A stretch of DNA of 64,000 nt from Klebsiella phage EI. The number at the start of each line of letters is the position of its first letter. Position 1 is the first letter of the stretch. Below the pieces are notes generated by a model, which saw nothing but the letters and a program-made list of their open reading frames with translations, ran no database searches and was not told where the DNA came from. Location of the stretch: sequence record MN106245.1; one strand, written 5' to 3'. Below are positions 49,329-60,005 of this stretch, piece after piece. The position numbers were made by a program, and so were the translations under genes.

Positions 49329-49935
49329 ATACAGATTCTGTAATTTGAGTCATCTCATCACACTGGTACCAGTGTGATTCCTTAAGCATACGGGTCATTG
49401 GAAGAGTATTCAAGAACTCTCGAGTCATCTGTACGGTCGAGTTCACACGGTGCTTCTTAATAATGCTAGTGTGTACAACCAGATCAGCGTGAGGGACCGC
49501 CTGCTCAATTAAACCTTTACCGCCGATGATACTTACATCGTAAGTGTTCCGGTCCACTACAGTGTCCCAGGGATAATCTGAGGTGGCTGTAGAAGTAACA
49601 ATACTCACACCTTCTAAGAAGGCCATAAACTCGACCGGATACATAATTTCATCAGGCGAAGTACCATTTTTAGTTTTAGGCTTACCGCGGCCAGGACTAA
49701 TAACTACAATAGATCGACGCCCGGGTAAAGGATCTTTCAACGACTGCCAAGTTTTAGCACCCATAATCAGCACGGTATTATTAGTACGATTACGGAAGTT
49801 AACCATATCCTGGCGGATATGACCCCAAGGCAACCCGTCATCTAACCCAAAAGCAATTTCAGTATTACCATCTACAGTTTTGGTTGCGCACGTAGCGAAT
49901 ACGACCTGTAACATTAGCCTTGCCTCATTCCACAT
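49309..49935 (-). CDS. frd: dihydrofolate reductase Frd
   Basis: ...KTVDG...AFGL.DGLPWG....D...F...T.......IMGAKT.QSL...LPGR...V......HRVNSTVQ......TESVY motifs match T4 Frd; the true start may be the internal Met (MLQVVF...). Confidence 0.85.
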   Translation of the reverse strand: MWNEARLMLQVVFATCATKTVDGNTEIAFGLDDGLPWGHIRQDMVNFRNRTNNTVLIMGAKTWQSLKDPLPGRRSIVVISPGRGKPKTKNGTSPDEIMYPVEFMAFLEGVSIVTSTATSDYPWDTVVDRNTYDVSIIGGKGLIEQAVPHADLVVHTSIIKKHRVNSTVQMTREFLNTLPMTRMLKESHWYQCDEMTQITESVYGEFRG

Positions 49936-50005
49936 TTAAAACAACGGCCGCCTAATTGCCATAGACCGCCACCACAATATTTACACTCCCAACCAGTTAA
50001 AATCT

Positions 50006-50284
50006 TCATTTCTTAGCCTTAGCAAGTTTGAATGCTGCTTTGAAAGCAGGAACATCGTCGATATCGATCCAGAAACCAGAACCAAACCCATCTTCATAGC
50101 TCGGGCAGCCATCACAGTAGTCGTTCCAAGTGCGTGTTTCACCGCCCATAGTGAACCCAGTATCCATTTCGCACAGAGCTTCTTCAACGCGCTCTAGTTC
50201 TTCAGGATTGTTGTCATAAATGCAGAACTGCCACTTACCACGATATTCAGAACCTAATTTAATGCTTTCACGTTGAAGTTTCAT
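50006..50284 (-). CDS. hypothetical protein (frd.1 position)
   Basis: 92 aa ORF between frd and gene 32. Confidence 0.5.
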   Translation of the reverse strand: MKLQRESIKLGSEYRGKWQFCIYDNNPEELERVEEALCEMDTGFTMGGETRTWNDYCDGCPSYEDGFGSGFWIDIDDVPAFKAAFKLAKAKK

Positions 50285-50338
50285 TTATTCTCCTTGTTGG
50301 TGTAGAAGCATAATACTATACCTCTACACCATTGTAAA

Positions 50339-50719
50339 CTATTTCTTGAAATTTTTTATGATTAAATCAATCATGGCTTCGAAGTTCTGGTGATTCACCT
50401 CGATTTTCATAGAAAGCAGACCTTCAGCCTGGTCTTCATTTTCAGCATCGGTGACTTCTTCAAAGAACTTGAACTCGCCTTCTTCCAGCTCAAAGTATGC
50501 ATCGTAGTCACCGTCAGAATCGAAACGGGCCCCATCTGCCATTTCGACAGCGCTGACATAGTGGGTCCCATCTTCTACAGCTGTATGAGTCGGGGTAAAA
50601 CTACCGCCGTGTTCTTTAATTAAGTCGACCATCCGATAATTACTGGTAGAATATCGGGTAAAGTCGTCTTCAAATGCAGGGCGGACACGATAGTACTTGC
50701 CACTAACTAAAGCATTCAT
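50339..50719 (-). CDS. hypothetical acidic protein (frd.2 position)
   Basis: 126 aa ORF. Confidence 0.5.
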   Translation of the reverse strand: MNALVSGKYYRVRPAFEDDFTRYSTSNYRMVDLIKEHGGSFTPTHTAVEDGTHYVSAVEMADGARFDSDGDYDAYFELEEGEFKFFEEVTDAENEDQAEGLLSMKIEVNHQNFEAMIDLIIKNFKK

Positions 50720-51037
50720 TTAAAAATCCTCAATATAAGTAAAAAGTTCAGCTTTCATTTCATCATCCATGCCTTGACAATACAGCTCAGTAAGGAATTT
50801 ATGAATCATTGGATAGGTACCTTCGATGGTGGCATCATACCCAGCACATTCCTGAGATAGATTGACAATATTAAGCCCGTAGGTTTTAATATCTTCTTCA
50901 AACTTATCGATCAAAACAACGAATAATGAAATCTTAGCCATTTTTGTTCTCCCATTTGTTGGTGTAGGGATATAGTAACTCGTTCTAAAGTGGATGTAAA
51001 CCCTTAGATACCAAAATGGGAGACCGAAGTCTCCCAA
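50720..51037 (-). CDS. hypothetical protein (frd.3 position)
   Basis: 105 aa ORF directly downstream of gene 32. Confidence 0.5.
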   Translation of the reverse strand: MGDFGLPFWYLRVYIHFRTSYYIPTPTNGRTKMAKISLFVVLIDKFEEDIKTYGLNIVNLSQECAGYDATIEGTYPMIHKFLTELYCQGMDDEMKAELFTYIEDF

Positions 51038-51043
51038 TCATTA

Positions 51044-51940
51044 TTACAGGCCAGCTAACAGATCGTCCAGATCACCGTCGTCATCAGAAGACGAAGTGTT
51101 CAGTGGGGCAGATTGCTGTTTAGGTTTAGAGTCAAAAGCAGCCATATCGGCATCAAAAGCATCAAGATCGTCACTGAGCTTATCAGCTTGTGCTGCTGCA
51201 TTACCAGCAACCAGAGAAGTACCCATGATTTGTACAAATTTAGCGTGGTTTACATCGTAAGACTTGAATTTGTCTTTAGATACGATGTCATTCAGCTGTA
51301 CCATACCATCATCGAGTTCTTTCTGATAAGCTTCATCGTTGATGTTAGGAATTTCAGACTGAGCACCAAACTTACAGTCATCATAGTTAGTGAAACCGCC
51401 AACTTTCTTAACTTTCAGGCTGAAGTGCTTACCTTCAAACGGACAAGTCACATCAACCGGAACTTCGCCAAGATCAGTATCAACTTCGATCTCAGCGTTG
51501 ATTTTGTCCATGATTTTCTGACCGAAACGATATTTAAATACTTTACCTTCGTTTTCTGGAGCCGCAGGGTCTTTAAGAACCAGAATGTTAGCCCAGTAAG
51601 AAGATTTGCGTTTCAGCAGTTTATATTCTTCTTGGTTGGTGTTATATGAATCATTAGAGCTCAGATGCTGGCAAACTGGGCAAGAATCATAGTCACCGTG
51701 GGTAGAAGTACAGTTTTCGATGTACCATTTACCATTTTTCTTGAAGCCGTGGTTAATCAGTTTGACGAACGGAAGACCTTCATCACCTTTACCAGGCAGG
51801 AAGCGAATTACTGCGGAGCCATTACCAGCATTATCGGTCTTCAGTTTCCATTCACCTTTATCGTCGGAAGAGAAAGAAGAACCACCTTTCAGGGAAGCCA
51901 GTTGAGCTTGAAGTTCTGCAGGGTTTTTACGCTTAAACAT
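51044..51940 (-). CDS. 32: single-stranded DNA-binding protein gp32
   Basis: 298 aa; [19 protein letters not shown]...[30 protein letters not shown]....[27 protein letters not shown]... is near-identical to T4 gp32 (zinc-binding site, acidic C-tail). Confidence 0.97.
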   Translation of the reverse strand: MFKRKNPAELQAQLASLKGGSSFSSDDKGEWKLKTDNAGNGSAVIRFLPGKGDEGLPFVKLINHGFKKNGKWYIENCTSTHGDYDSCPVCQHLSSNDSYNTNQEEYKLLKRKSSYWANILVLKDPAAPENEGKVFKYRFGQKIMDKINAEIEVDTDLGEVPVDVTCPFEGKHFSLKVKKVGGFTNYDDCKFGAQSEIPNINDEAYQKELDDGMVQLNDIVSKDKFKSYDVNHAKFVQIMGTSLVAGNAAAQADKLSDDLDAFDADMAAFDSKPKQQSAPLNTSSSDDDGDLDDLLAGL

Positions 51941-52019
51941 TTAATATACCTTTTATTTAATTTAACAGTTATTTACGATTGGTGGTGCAACATGAGTCCT
52001 TGCACCTGGACAAGACTTA

Positions 52020-52673
52020 TTATATCTTACATTTATTTATAGCATCAATAAAGAGCTTTTTAGCATCTTTACCGTCGACTTCAAGCAATTTTCTATAAGC
52101 TTTGAGCTTAGTAGAATATGTTTCCCAAACTAAGTTGTTGGTAGCTGAATCATGTTTATTTATTATGTCTAGAAATGAATCAAGCATAATAAACGTCTCG
52201 AATGAAATAACATTCGACTGAAGGAGCTTAAAGATATAGCTCGTTTGTACCTTTTCATTATACTCAAAGATTTCAGAAAGCGCGTTAACTTCAACTTTCT
52301 TAGCAAAATAGTAAATGTTCTTTACATCATCTTCGAACGTATTTTTAATCATCTTAAGTTTACCGATATACTCACGGTAAAAGACGAGGGCGTCAGCATC
52401 ACTGATGTCGCCGATCCAGGCATCTTGGTTAGCAACCAAGTTACTCATGAAAATTAATGTAAGCTCTTTAAGAGTGTGTTTCTCTGCGAGCTTTTCAAAG
52501 AAATACTTGTCACGTCGTTTTTGATAAGCTTTATCAGACACCCGCATAACCCAGTTGTACTTGATAACATCATATCGTCCAGCGAAGTGATTTTTAAGCA
52601 TTAAGTACAATAAATAAACACTTTTACCGTTAACGTAACGAGCGTTATTTGGAGGCATGCGGAGACGAATCAT
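52020..52673 (-). CDS. 59: gp59 helicase loader
   Basis: 217 aa, the T4 gp59 length; MIRLRMPPNNARYVNGKSVYLLYLMLK... between genes 32 and 33. Confidence 0.9.
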   Translation of the reverse strand: MIRLRMPPNNARYVNGKSVYLLYLMLKNHFAGRYDVIKYNWVMRVSDKAYQKRRDKYFFEKLAEKHTLKELTLIFMSNLVANQDAWIGDISDADALVFYREYIGKLKMIKNTFEDDVKNIYYFAKKVEVNALSEIFEYNEKVQTSYIFKLLQSNVISFETFIMLDSFLDIINKHDSATNNLVWETYSTKLKAYRKLLEVDGKDAKKLFIDAINKCKI

Positions 52674-52963
52674 AATAAGAAATCCAAAGTATTTGTTTTC
52701 TGTGTTTTACTTATAGATGGGCGAAGCATGTATTCATTAACAGCTTCAGCTTTAATTTTTTCAACTATTGTAGAAGGAATAAATCTATTGAAATTTCCTT
52801 CAGGAATACTGTTTTCTTCTAGCCACTGTGAAGTAGCCTGAAGATAACCCAGTTCACCTTCAGCAACTATGGCTTCAATAGCGAAGCCATTTGCTTGTTT
52901 GTCAAGAAGTGAATTTAAGTCATCGATCTTGACTTCATCGTTATTAATCAAAGAGGCTGTCAT
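52670..52963 (-). CDS. 33: gp33 late-transcription coactivator
   Basis: 97 aa; position between gene 59 and dsbA. Confidence 0.75.
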   Translation of the reverse strand: MTASLINNDEVKIDDLNSLLDKQANGFAIEAIVAEGELGYLQATSQWLEENSIPEGNFNRFIPSTIVEKIKAEAVNEYMLRPSISKTQKTNTLDFLL

Positions 52964-53213
52964 AGGTTTCTACCACTTCATCTTTTTCGGTTGCGAAACG
53001 TTCACGAGTGCCTTTATGATACATGGTCAGAAGCTGATTAAACAGTTTTGCCTCGACGCCAATAGCTTTTGCTTCAGCCCGGTTGCTTGCGACCTCGTCC
53101 ATATAACCTTCGGCCTTTAGTTTAGCGTCACTAGCAGCTTTAATTAGATTTTTTAGTGTTTCGCCGTCTTGGGCTTCATCAAATTCAACTTTTTCTTTTT
53201 TCTGTTTAGCCAT
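52944..53213 (-). CDS. dsbA: DsbA double-stranded DNA-binding protein (late-transcription enhancer)
   Basis: Probable start at the internal Met (MAKQKKEKVEFDE...), giving 89 aa, the T4 DsbA size; position. Confidence 0.7.
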   Translation of the reverse strand: MAKQKKEKVEFDEAQDGETLKNLIKAASDAKLKAEGYMDEVASNRAEAKAIGVEAKLFNQLLTMYHKGTRERFATEKDEVVETYDSLFD

Positions 53214-53223
53214 TATATTCACC

Positions 53224-54165
53224 TTAATAAAATTCAGCAATGTTGTTGGTTAACTTGGACAGACCATTCTTAACAAAGTAAGTATAGATCTTACCTTTAG
53301 CCGGAACTGTGTAGTTATTATACCGTTCCATGATTGAAGCAACAATGTCATCACGGATGAAATCCATATCGATTAAGATTTGGTTTTCTTTAAAACGTTC
53401 ATACTGTTCAGCAGTAAGAAGTTCTTGTAATTTAGAGTGGTCATAATAATTCATCGCGATCTGTTCAATTTCAGATGCTTTAGTTGGAGGAGTACGTTCA
53501 CCTTCAACCATAGTAAGCCAGTAGTTACCGCGGACTTTAATAGAAGCAACGTTATCTTTACGGTCACCTTTAACGACTTTAGTCACACAATCAAGTAACG
53601 CATCGCCAGATTTAGTTTTAACATATTTTTTCTGCATTGGAGACCACTGCTTCACATTTGGATATTTGTGAAGTTGTGTAAAGTCGCCATCAGATGAAAC
53701 GATTTGGACTGGAATACCTTGGCTAGCCAAGAACTTTGTTAACACAGCAATATGATCATCGGCTTCTACCTTATCAATATTCATAACAATATAAGGCATG
53801 TTTTTCTCAAGTTCTTCGATGATTTTATGCATTGCCGTGAATAATCCTTCCCAATCAAATGGAGATTCTTCACGATCTTTAGAACGGTTTTTCTTATAAT
53901 AATGACTCGCGTCACGACGCCAGTAACCAGACTTAGAGTTATCTACACAGATAATCTGGCGGGTGTACCCTTCTTTTTTAAACTGTTTGATGTTTTTACG
54001 CATACTGTTCAAAACAAGATGTCGTAGCATAGCTTCAGATATTTTAGGAAAGCCTGCTTTTTCACCGAACTCGGTGAAGGCTGCCGCCATAATAATTTGA
54101 CTGAAGTCAATAAGAGTTACACCTTCTTTCTTTTCTTCTTCACCGAACATAAAATTTAGAGACAT
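53224..54165 (-). CDS. rnh: RNase H (5'-3' exonuclease, FEN family)
   Basis: 313 aa; ...LIDFSQI...HL.LNS.......K..GYT.....C.DN.KSGYWRRD...YYKKNR.K.REES..DWEG.F...HK.I.EL...MPYIVM.IDK.EADDHIAVL.....S.G....I.SSDGDFTQLHKYPNVKQWSPM.KK.VK.KSG matches T4 RNase H. Confidence 0.95.
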   Translation of the reverse strand: MSLNFMFGEEEKKEGVTLIDFSQIIMAAAFTEFGEKAGFPKISEAMLRHLVLNSMRKNIKQFKKEGYTRQIICVDNSKSGYWRRDASHYYKKNRSKDREESPFDWEGLFTAMHKIIEELEKNMPYIVMNIDKVEADDHIAVLTKFLASQGIPVQIVSSDGDFTQLHKYPNVKQWSPMQKKYVKTKSGDALLDCVTKVVKGDRKDNVASIKVRGNYWLTMVEGERTPPTKASEIEQIAMNYYDHSKLQELLTAEQYERFKENQILIDMDFIRDDIVASIMERYNNYTVPAKGKIYTYFVKNGLSKLTNNIAEFY

Positions 54166-54200
54166 TGAATAACCTATTCAGTAGTAATGGACAGATCCAT

Positions 54201-54208
54201 TATAAATA
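54201..54208 (+). promoter_or_regulatory. late promoter TATAAATA upstream of gene 34
   Basis: Exact TATAAATA 43 nt before the gp34 ATG. Confidence 0.55.
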
Positions 54209-54250
54209 CTCCTATAATGAAGCATATTTCTAATACCATAAGGAATAAAA

Positions 54251-57200
54251 ATGAGCGACTTAATCAAACAGCATTTTAGAGCAACCAACGGGCTTGATGC
54301 TGGTGGAAACAAAGTAATCAACGTCGCTAAAGCCGATCGTAATGTGATGGACGATGGGGTCAACGTTGAGTATCTTATCCAAGAAAATACCATCCAGCCT
54401 TGGGCCAATGATCGTGGGTATCCTGAAGGCTTTGCGGTTACCATGGAAAAACGTATCTGGGTAGCACGTGCAGATATTGCGGCTCCTATCCCGCCCGCAG
54501 TAAACACCTTTAAACAAGGTGAGTGGATTTCCATGCGTGTTGACCCGAAGTGGGAACAGTATAGTTCAGGGACCACAGAACTTTTACCAGGGACCTATGC
54601 AAACATCGATACTCGTGTTAACCCGGTTACACTGGTTCTTCCTAAAAATAAAGTAGAACAAGGTGATACGATTGTTATCCGGGATATCGGTGGTAAACCA
54701 GGTATCAACCAGGCATTAATTAAAGTACAAGACTCTGCGCCAGCAATGATCTTCCAAGGAAGTATCCTTCGTGAACTGCAGCTGACTCGTCCTTATAGTA
54801 TGCTTCTGCTGACGTTTACATCGGCCGGGTGGTACGTAACTCTTTCAGATCTAAGTTCTTTGGCTCGTACCATTGATTCTACCACACTGGATGCTGCTAC
54901 CGATGTTGGCGCTCAAGTACAGAGTTCTGAGTACATTGTACGTTATTATACTTCTAATAAAAAATTAACAGTTCGTCTTCCTCGTTATGCTAACCATGGT
55001 GATATGATTACCTTTGCTGAACCGGAAGGCAAAACACCATTATACCATTTTACCATTAAGACTTATGATGCAAATAGTTCTATTGGAACTGAAGGGACTA
55101 CATCCTGGACATCTAAGATTAAAGGCGGCGGTGTTCTGATTTATGATGGTCCACGTAAGGTATGGCGCATCAACTCTATTGACATGCAGCAACGTATCAA
55201 AATCGTTACTGACGATGTAGTGATGCAACCTAACGAAGCTATTACCATATTCGGTGCTAACAACTCAACAGTAAAAACTATTTCTGTTACTTTGCCTACT
55301 CAAGTTGCTCCAGGTGATACTGTTAGAATCGGTATGAACTACATGCGCAAAGGGCAAACAGTCAACATCGTTACTCCTCCTGCTCCGGCTAATGGGACCA
55401 AAGATAGGATTGCATCCACAGTTGGCTTACTCCAGTTCCCTAAACGCTCTGAGTATCCGCCTGATGCCGCGTGGACTCAAGTTGATAGTTTATCATTCAA
55501 TGGAACTTCGGACTATCCTCCAGTCCTAGAGTTGGCCTATGTAGAAGCTACACCTAATAATTATTGGATCGTTTCGGAGAACATTCCTAGTGTAGAACGT
55601 GTTGATTGGACCAATGATACCACAAGAGCCCGTGTAGGCGTTATTGCGTTGGCTACCCAAGCTAATTTAGAGGCAAATAGTTCTAATTTGGTCGATGGTG
55701 TTGCTGTTACTCCGCATACCTTAAGTAAAAGAACAGCTACAGAAGCTCGTACTGGTATTGCTGCTATTGCATTAAGCACAGATGTTTTACAAAATAGTAA
55801 CTATGCTTTTATTAACGATAAGATTATTACTCCTAAACGTCTTAATGAAAGAACTGCTACAGAAACGCGTAGAGGATTAGCTGAAATAGCTACCCAAGCC
55901 GAAACAGATGCTGGTACTGATGATACAACTATCGTAAGTCCTAAAAAGCTTAATGCTCGTAAAGCTACTGCTACACTTGATGGCATCATTCAACTGGTTA
56001 ATATAGGCGGAACTCCTGCTACAGTAAATAGAGAAGATGCCGGTCAAGGAATTTATGACCATAATGACTTTTCAAAAGCTGTAACTCCTAAAACTCTTCG
56101 TGGGTATAAAGCTACTGAAATTGCTTCTGGTTGTGTATGGTTAGCTAAAGATAGTGAAGTCCGAAATCCACCGGCTATAAATTCTAATATCCCGTTAGTT
56201 GTTACACCGCAATCTCTTCACAAGAAAGTTGCAGACACGGGCAATATAGGATTTATCCAAATTGCCACTCAAGCAGAAGTTAACGCGGGTACAGATAACA
56301 CTAAAGCAGTTACTCCTAAAACGTTTAACGATCGTATTGCTTCTGAAACTTTGACTGGTATTGCACGTTTTGCTACTCAAAAAGAATTTGATGAAAATAC
56401 CGGCGGCGGTATGATGGTATCAACTTCTAAGATTTCTACATTCTTTAATAGACCTGAACGAGTAGCGGTAAGAACAGAAGCTGGGTTAACCCAACAAGGA
56501 ACTTTATGGGGACAGTTGGTTCTTAATATCCAGACTCCAACAGAAACTCAACGCGGTACGCCTAAGATTGCAACTCAGACGCTTGTCAATGCAGGAACTG
56601 ATGATGTTGATTATCTGACATCTAAAAAGCTTCAAGCTAAAAAGGGTACCGAATCAGCTTACGGTATTGTTAAATATGCCACTCAGGCTGATACCAATAC
56701 TGGCACTGCTAATGATGTGGCTGTTTCTCCGGTTCACTTGAAGTACGTTATTCAGACTTCTGCTGATTGGCGCGCTCAGGATAACGTTCGCGGCACGGTC
56801 CGTGTAGCTAACGGCGATACTGCTTGGACTGGTAATAGTACTACTGGCTCTGATGATAAACCTAAAGAAGTTAATGGTTACGCAGTTTCACCTAACGGTT
56901 TAAAGCAAGCCTTAGCTAATTATCTTCCTTTGAATGCTAAAGCTGATAACTCTGGTTTATTAAATGGCCTTACTTCAGACCAATTTATTAGACGTGACAT
57001 AGATCAAACCGTTAATGGTAAATTGACTCTTACCAAATCTACAGACTTTAATTCAGACGTCAATGTTAAGGGCCTTGGTAATTTTACCGGTGGCGAGGTT
57101 AAGGTATTTGCTACTTCGTCTACAGCCAATTCTCACGTCAGATTTTTAAACTCAGATGGAAATGAACGTGGAATAATTTACGCTAGACCGGTAGCTGCAG

Positions 57201-58129
57201 GAAATTCTCAGCAGCTTACACTACGTGTTAAAGGTTCAGCCCCTGATACAGGTAAAGAATTTTCTTTTGGTAATAATGGTGAGTTTGTTGCACCTGATAA
57301 AATAACCTCTAACGGGACAATTCATTCTGCTTCAGATGTTAACTCAAACACCGTATACCGTGTTAAAAATGCTTCAGTAATCCAACTCCAGGATTCTGAT
57401 AGTGTAGCATCTTTTGGTAATCTTGCTAAGAAAGGAAGAATCTTAACAAACGATGCTAGCCAAACACAAGTTACCGACAACTCCGGAAATTATGTCATTT
57501 TAACCACTAAAAATAAGGATACCATTTTAGATACCAGGTATGTTAAAAAAGGTGGCGATACCATGACGGGCTCGTTAACAATAAACAACGCATCTGTTGT
57601 TGTTAACGGTTCTGAAAATTGGTATAAAAATGATACCTCTGCTGATACAGAAAAATATATGCAGCCGGGTTCTTGGACAGTAGAAATTAAAAATGCTTCT
57701 AAGCTAGCTTCGCTTCGTGGTTATATGGTGCCTGTCAGAGAAGAAAATCCTTTAATCCCAGGCTCTATGATTGTAACCGGCTACGAAGAAAAAACAGCAG
57801 GTGGTGGTTTACTTGCCCAATTTAGCGTTTCTTCTGGATACACCTATCAGACTTGGACCCCTTATCCTAAAGCTGGCGAAAATTCAGAGAAAAACTACGC
57901 CCATACAATGTGGACTAGAGTTTATAATCCACTTAAAGGCAAGTTTGATGAATGGATGCGTGTATTTACTAGCGCCACTCCTCCTACAGCTGCAGATATA
58001 GGTGCTCCGAGTTCAGTAAGTACTTCTGTTAAAACCTTGGAAGTTCAAGAATGGATTAAGATTGGCCCTGTCAAGATTTATCCTGATCGTACTTCTCAGA
58101 CCGTTAAGTTTGAATGGGTAGGTGATTAA
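54251..58129 (+). CDS. 34: long tail fiber proximal subunit gp34
   Basis: 1292 aa (T4 gp34 is 1289 aa); the N-terminus MSDLIKQHFRATNGLDAGGNKVINVAKADRNVMDDGVNVEYLIQENTIQPW... matches; contains tandem ATQ...AGTD...AVTPK repeats. Confidence 0.95.
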   Translation: MSDLIKQHFRATNGLDAGGNKVINVAKADRNVMDDGVNVEYLIQENTIQPWANDRGYPEGFAVTMEKRIWVARADIAAPIPPAVNTFKQGEWISMRVDPKWEQYSSGTTELLPGTYANIDTRVNPVTLVLPKNKVEQGDTIVIRDIGGKPGINQALIKVQDSAPAMIFQGSILRELQLTRPYSMLLLTFTSAGWYVTLSDLSSLARTIDSTTLDAATDVGAQVQSSEYIVRYYTSNKKLTVRLPRYANHGDMITFAEPEGKTPLYHFTIKTYDANSSIGTEGTTSWTSKIKGGGVLIYDGPRKVWRINSIDMQQRIKIVTDDVVMQPNEAITIFGANNSTVKTISVTLPTQVAPGDTVRIGMNYMRKGQTVNIVTPPAPANGTKDRIASTVGLLQFPKRSEYPPDAAWTQVDSLSFNGTSDYPPVLELAYVEATPNNYWIVSENIPSVERVDWTNDTTRARVGVIALATQANLEANSSNLVDGVAVTPHTLSKRTATEARTGIAAIALSTDVLQNSNYAFINDKIITPKRLNERTATETRRGLAEIATQAETDAGTDDTTIVSPKKLNARKATATLDGIIQLVNIGGTPATVNREDAGQGIYDHNDFSKAVTPKTLRGYKATEIASGCVWLAKDSEVRNPPAINSNIPLVVTPQSLHKKVADTGNIGFIQIATQAEVNAGTDNTKAVTPKTFNDRIASETLTGIARFATQKEFDENTGGGMMVSTSKISTFFNRPERVAVRTEAGLTQQGTLWGQLVLNIQTPTETQRGTPKIATQTLVNAGTDDVDYLTSKKLQAKKGTESAYGIVKYATQADTNTGTANDVAVSPVHLKYVIQTSADWRAQDNVRGTVRVANGDTAWTGNSTTGSDDKPKEVNGYAVSPNGLKQALANYLPLNAKADNSGLLNGLTSDQFIRRDIDQTVNGKLTLTKSTDFNSDVNVKGLGNFTGGEVKVFATSSTANSHVRFLNSDGNERGIIYARPVAAGNSQQLTLRVKGSAPDTGKEFSFGNNGEFVAPDKITSNGTIHSASDVNSNTVYRVKNASVIQLQDSDSVASFGNLAKKGRILTNDASQTQVTDNSGNYVILTTKNKDTILDTRYVKKGGDTMTGSLTINNASVVVNGSENWYKNDTSADTEKYMQPGSWTVEIKNASKLASLRGYMVPVREENPLIPGSMIVTGYEEKTAGGGLLAQFSVSSGYTYQTWTPYPKAGENSEKNYAHTMWTRVYNPLKGKFDEWMRVFTSATPPTAADIGAPSSVSTSVKTLEVQEWIKIGPVKIYPDRTSQTVKFEWVGD
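55620..56760 (+). repeat. tandem array of about 35-aa repeats (roughly 9 units) inside gp34 (G.A.IATQAE.NAGTD...AVTPK.L..R.A.E)
   Basis: Repeated protein motif read directly from the gp34 translation. Confidence 0.6.
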
Positions 58130-59262
58130 TGAGTAATTTAATGGCTGCATTTGGTGAAGATTTTGTCGAGACTAACATCTTGTCAGAATCCAACCAAGTG
58201 AGATATTGGATAGAACTTATAGCCACACACGCTAATGCTGTTCCTAATACGCATGTGCTTAAAATTAATCAAGTCAATACTGGAGGTGCCCCAGGACGGG
58301 GCATCAACATTTGGCAGATTAATACTTCGGCAGCTGACGGCACTCCTAAAACTATTGATTTAACAAACGGTGAATCTGCGGCTAACGCCGCATTCGTCGA
58401 GTACATGAATAGTAAAACATCAGGTCTGTACGCAATAATGACTAATCAGAGATGTTTAACTTCTCCTTCTGTAACCGCCTGGTTCAAATCAAAAAGATCA
58501 GTTGTTTGGCCTGAACAACATTATACTGAATTATATCCTAATAGCGCGTATTGCGCCATATTTGCTGCAGGCAAAGGATTAATTTTGTATGAGGCTTTCA
58601 CTGGAAATGACGGAATCATTAAAGAAGATTCTAGAGCAAAACTTGCAGCAGTTTACGATAATGTAGGCACTGTAGGGCTATGCGGTATTCCTGAAAGAGC
58701 TTATGAAAATAACGAGACTTATCGTGATACAACAGGGTATGAATATAAACGATACCCTCAACAAGATGTGGTTATTTCTAAACTAGCTGATTATGGTCTG
58801 CAGCAAAACTTATGGGTTAGATTTACTGCAGATCTTTTTGCTTCGCAGGCTTTAATATCTGCTAATTGCACTACGAGAATGTCTGTAAGGTGGTTCAACG
58901 GATCAACCATGTTAGATTCATTTACAATGGAAGTTCCTGCGGCTTCTGCTGATAAATGGGTTCGTTTTGAAAAGGACCTAAGAATCCCATCCGGTGCAGA
59001 CGGTTTCACTGCTGTAGTTTCTAGGTACCCTAGAACTTCAGTTGTTGCTGAAAGTGCTGTTCAAAATGTCATGATGGTTCAAATTGTAGAACCAGCTCCT
59101 ATACAATCAGCTACTCAAGCTGAATTTGGTGTTAATGGTATTCGAATGAATAAAGCTATAGAAGGTTCTTTAACTCCTGAAGCTGTTATGTTTGAACTGC
59201 CTAATACTAAAGTTGACAGTAGTGGTGATCGTACTGCTAAAGAATTCAGGGAATCACAATAA
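58129..59262 (+). CDS. 35: long tail fiber hinge connector gp35
   Basis: 377 aa (T4 gp35 is 372 aa); MSNLMAAFGEDFVETNILSES... matches the T4 gp35 start; ATGA overlap with gene 34. Confidence 0.9.
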   Translation: MSNLMAAFGEDFVETNILSESNQVRYWIELIATHANAVPNTHVLKINQVNTGGAPGRGINIWQINTSAADGTPKTIDLTNGESAANAAFVEYMNSKTSGLYAIMTNQRCLTSPSVTAWFKSKRSVVWPEQHYTELYPNSAYCAIFAAGKGLILYEAFTGNDGIIKEDSRAKLAAVYDNVGTVGLCGIPERAYENNETYRDTTGYEYKRYPQQDVVISKLADYGLQQNLWVRFTADLFASQALISANCTTRMSVRWFNGSTMLDSFTMEVPAASADKWVRFEKDLRIPSGADGFTAVVSRYPRTSVVAESAVQNVMMVQIVEPAPIQSATQAEFGVNGIRMNKAIEGSLTPEAVMFELPNTKVDSSGDRTAKEFRESQ

Positions 59263-59285
59263 GGAGCCTTCGGGCTCCTTTTTTC
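59262..59285 (+). terminator. UUCG-tetraloop terminator after gene 35
   Basis: aggagcc-ttcg-ggctcct followed by TTTTTT. Confidence 0.7.
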
Positions 59286-59286
59286 G

Positions 59287-59294
59287 TATAAATA
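59287..59294 (+). promoter_or_regulatory. late promoter TATAAATA upstream of gene 36
   Basis: Exact TATAAATA 25 nt before the gp36 ATG. Confidence 0.6.
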
Positions 59295-59318
59295 CGTTCA
59301 TATTATAAGGGGACGAAA

Positions 59319-59996
59319 ATGGCTGATTTAAAAGCAGGTTCTACAGTCGGAGGTTTACCCATTTGGCACCAAGGTACTATGCCATTGGTCCCGGTTGGAA
59401 ACTCTTTGACTTATCGTGGTTATACGGTTTACACGACTAATGATAAACCGCAAGCAGCAGATAATGACTTTGTATCTAAGGCTAACGGTGGCACAGGTTC
59501 TCAAGCTTTCCAAAAAGAAGTAGAATTTAAAGAAGGCATAAAAGTTTCTGCGACCTTCAGTGGCGGCAATAGTTTAAACGGGCTTTATTCTGGTAATGGA
59601 GACTCAGCATCTCTAACAACAGCGAACATTGACATTGTTTCATGGTACGGTGTCGGTATTCGTACTTCACTAGATAATAAAGAACGGACCGTAGTTTGGA
59701 ACGCTAGAACCGGTGATCAAATAAACAAAGGAAGTATAACAGCTTCTATTCTTAGTTCTAATAATGCTCCTACAGCTGCTCAACATTTAACGCGTAAAGA
59801 CTACGTTGACGGGCGAATAAATACTGTTACTACTAATGCAAACAGCCGGGTTTTGAAATCTGGTGATACTATGACTGGCGTACTTAGAGCTGAAGCTGGC
59901 GTAGTTATAGTAAATAAAGCGACATCCGGTGAATATGCTCCTAGATTAGATCAGGTTATTTCGCGCGGAGTAACAATAGATTTTGGCACATACTAA
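59319..59996 (+). CDS. 36: long tail fiber distal connector gp36
   Basis: 225 aa; MADLKAGSTVGGLPIWHQG...KPQAADNDFVSKANGGT...NIDIVSWYGVG... matches T4 gp36. Confidence 0.95.
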   Translation: MADLKAGSTVGGLPIWHQGTMPLVPVGNSLTYRGYTVYTTNDKPQAADNDFVSKANGGTGSQAFQKEVEFKEGIKVSATFSGGNSLNGLYSGNGDSASLTTANIDIVSWYGVGIRTSLDNKERTVVWNARTGDQINKGSITASILSSNNAPTAAQHLTRKDYVDGRINTVTTNANSRVLKSGDTMTGVLRAEAGVVIVNKATSGEYAPRLDQVISRGVTIDFGTY

Positions 59997-60005
59997 GAGG
60001 TAGCC

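Noticed and set aside
51113-52042. 178-aa and 125-aa + strand ORFs opposite gp32 and gp59
   Set aside because: They are antisense to well-conserved genes, have no RBS, and are rich in hydrophobic and Phe residues; they are spurious
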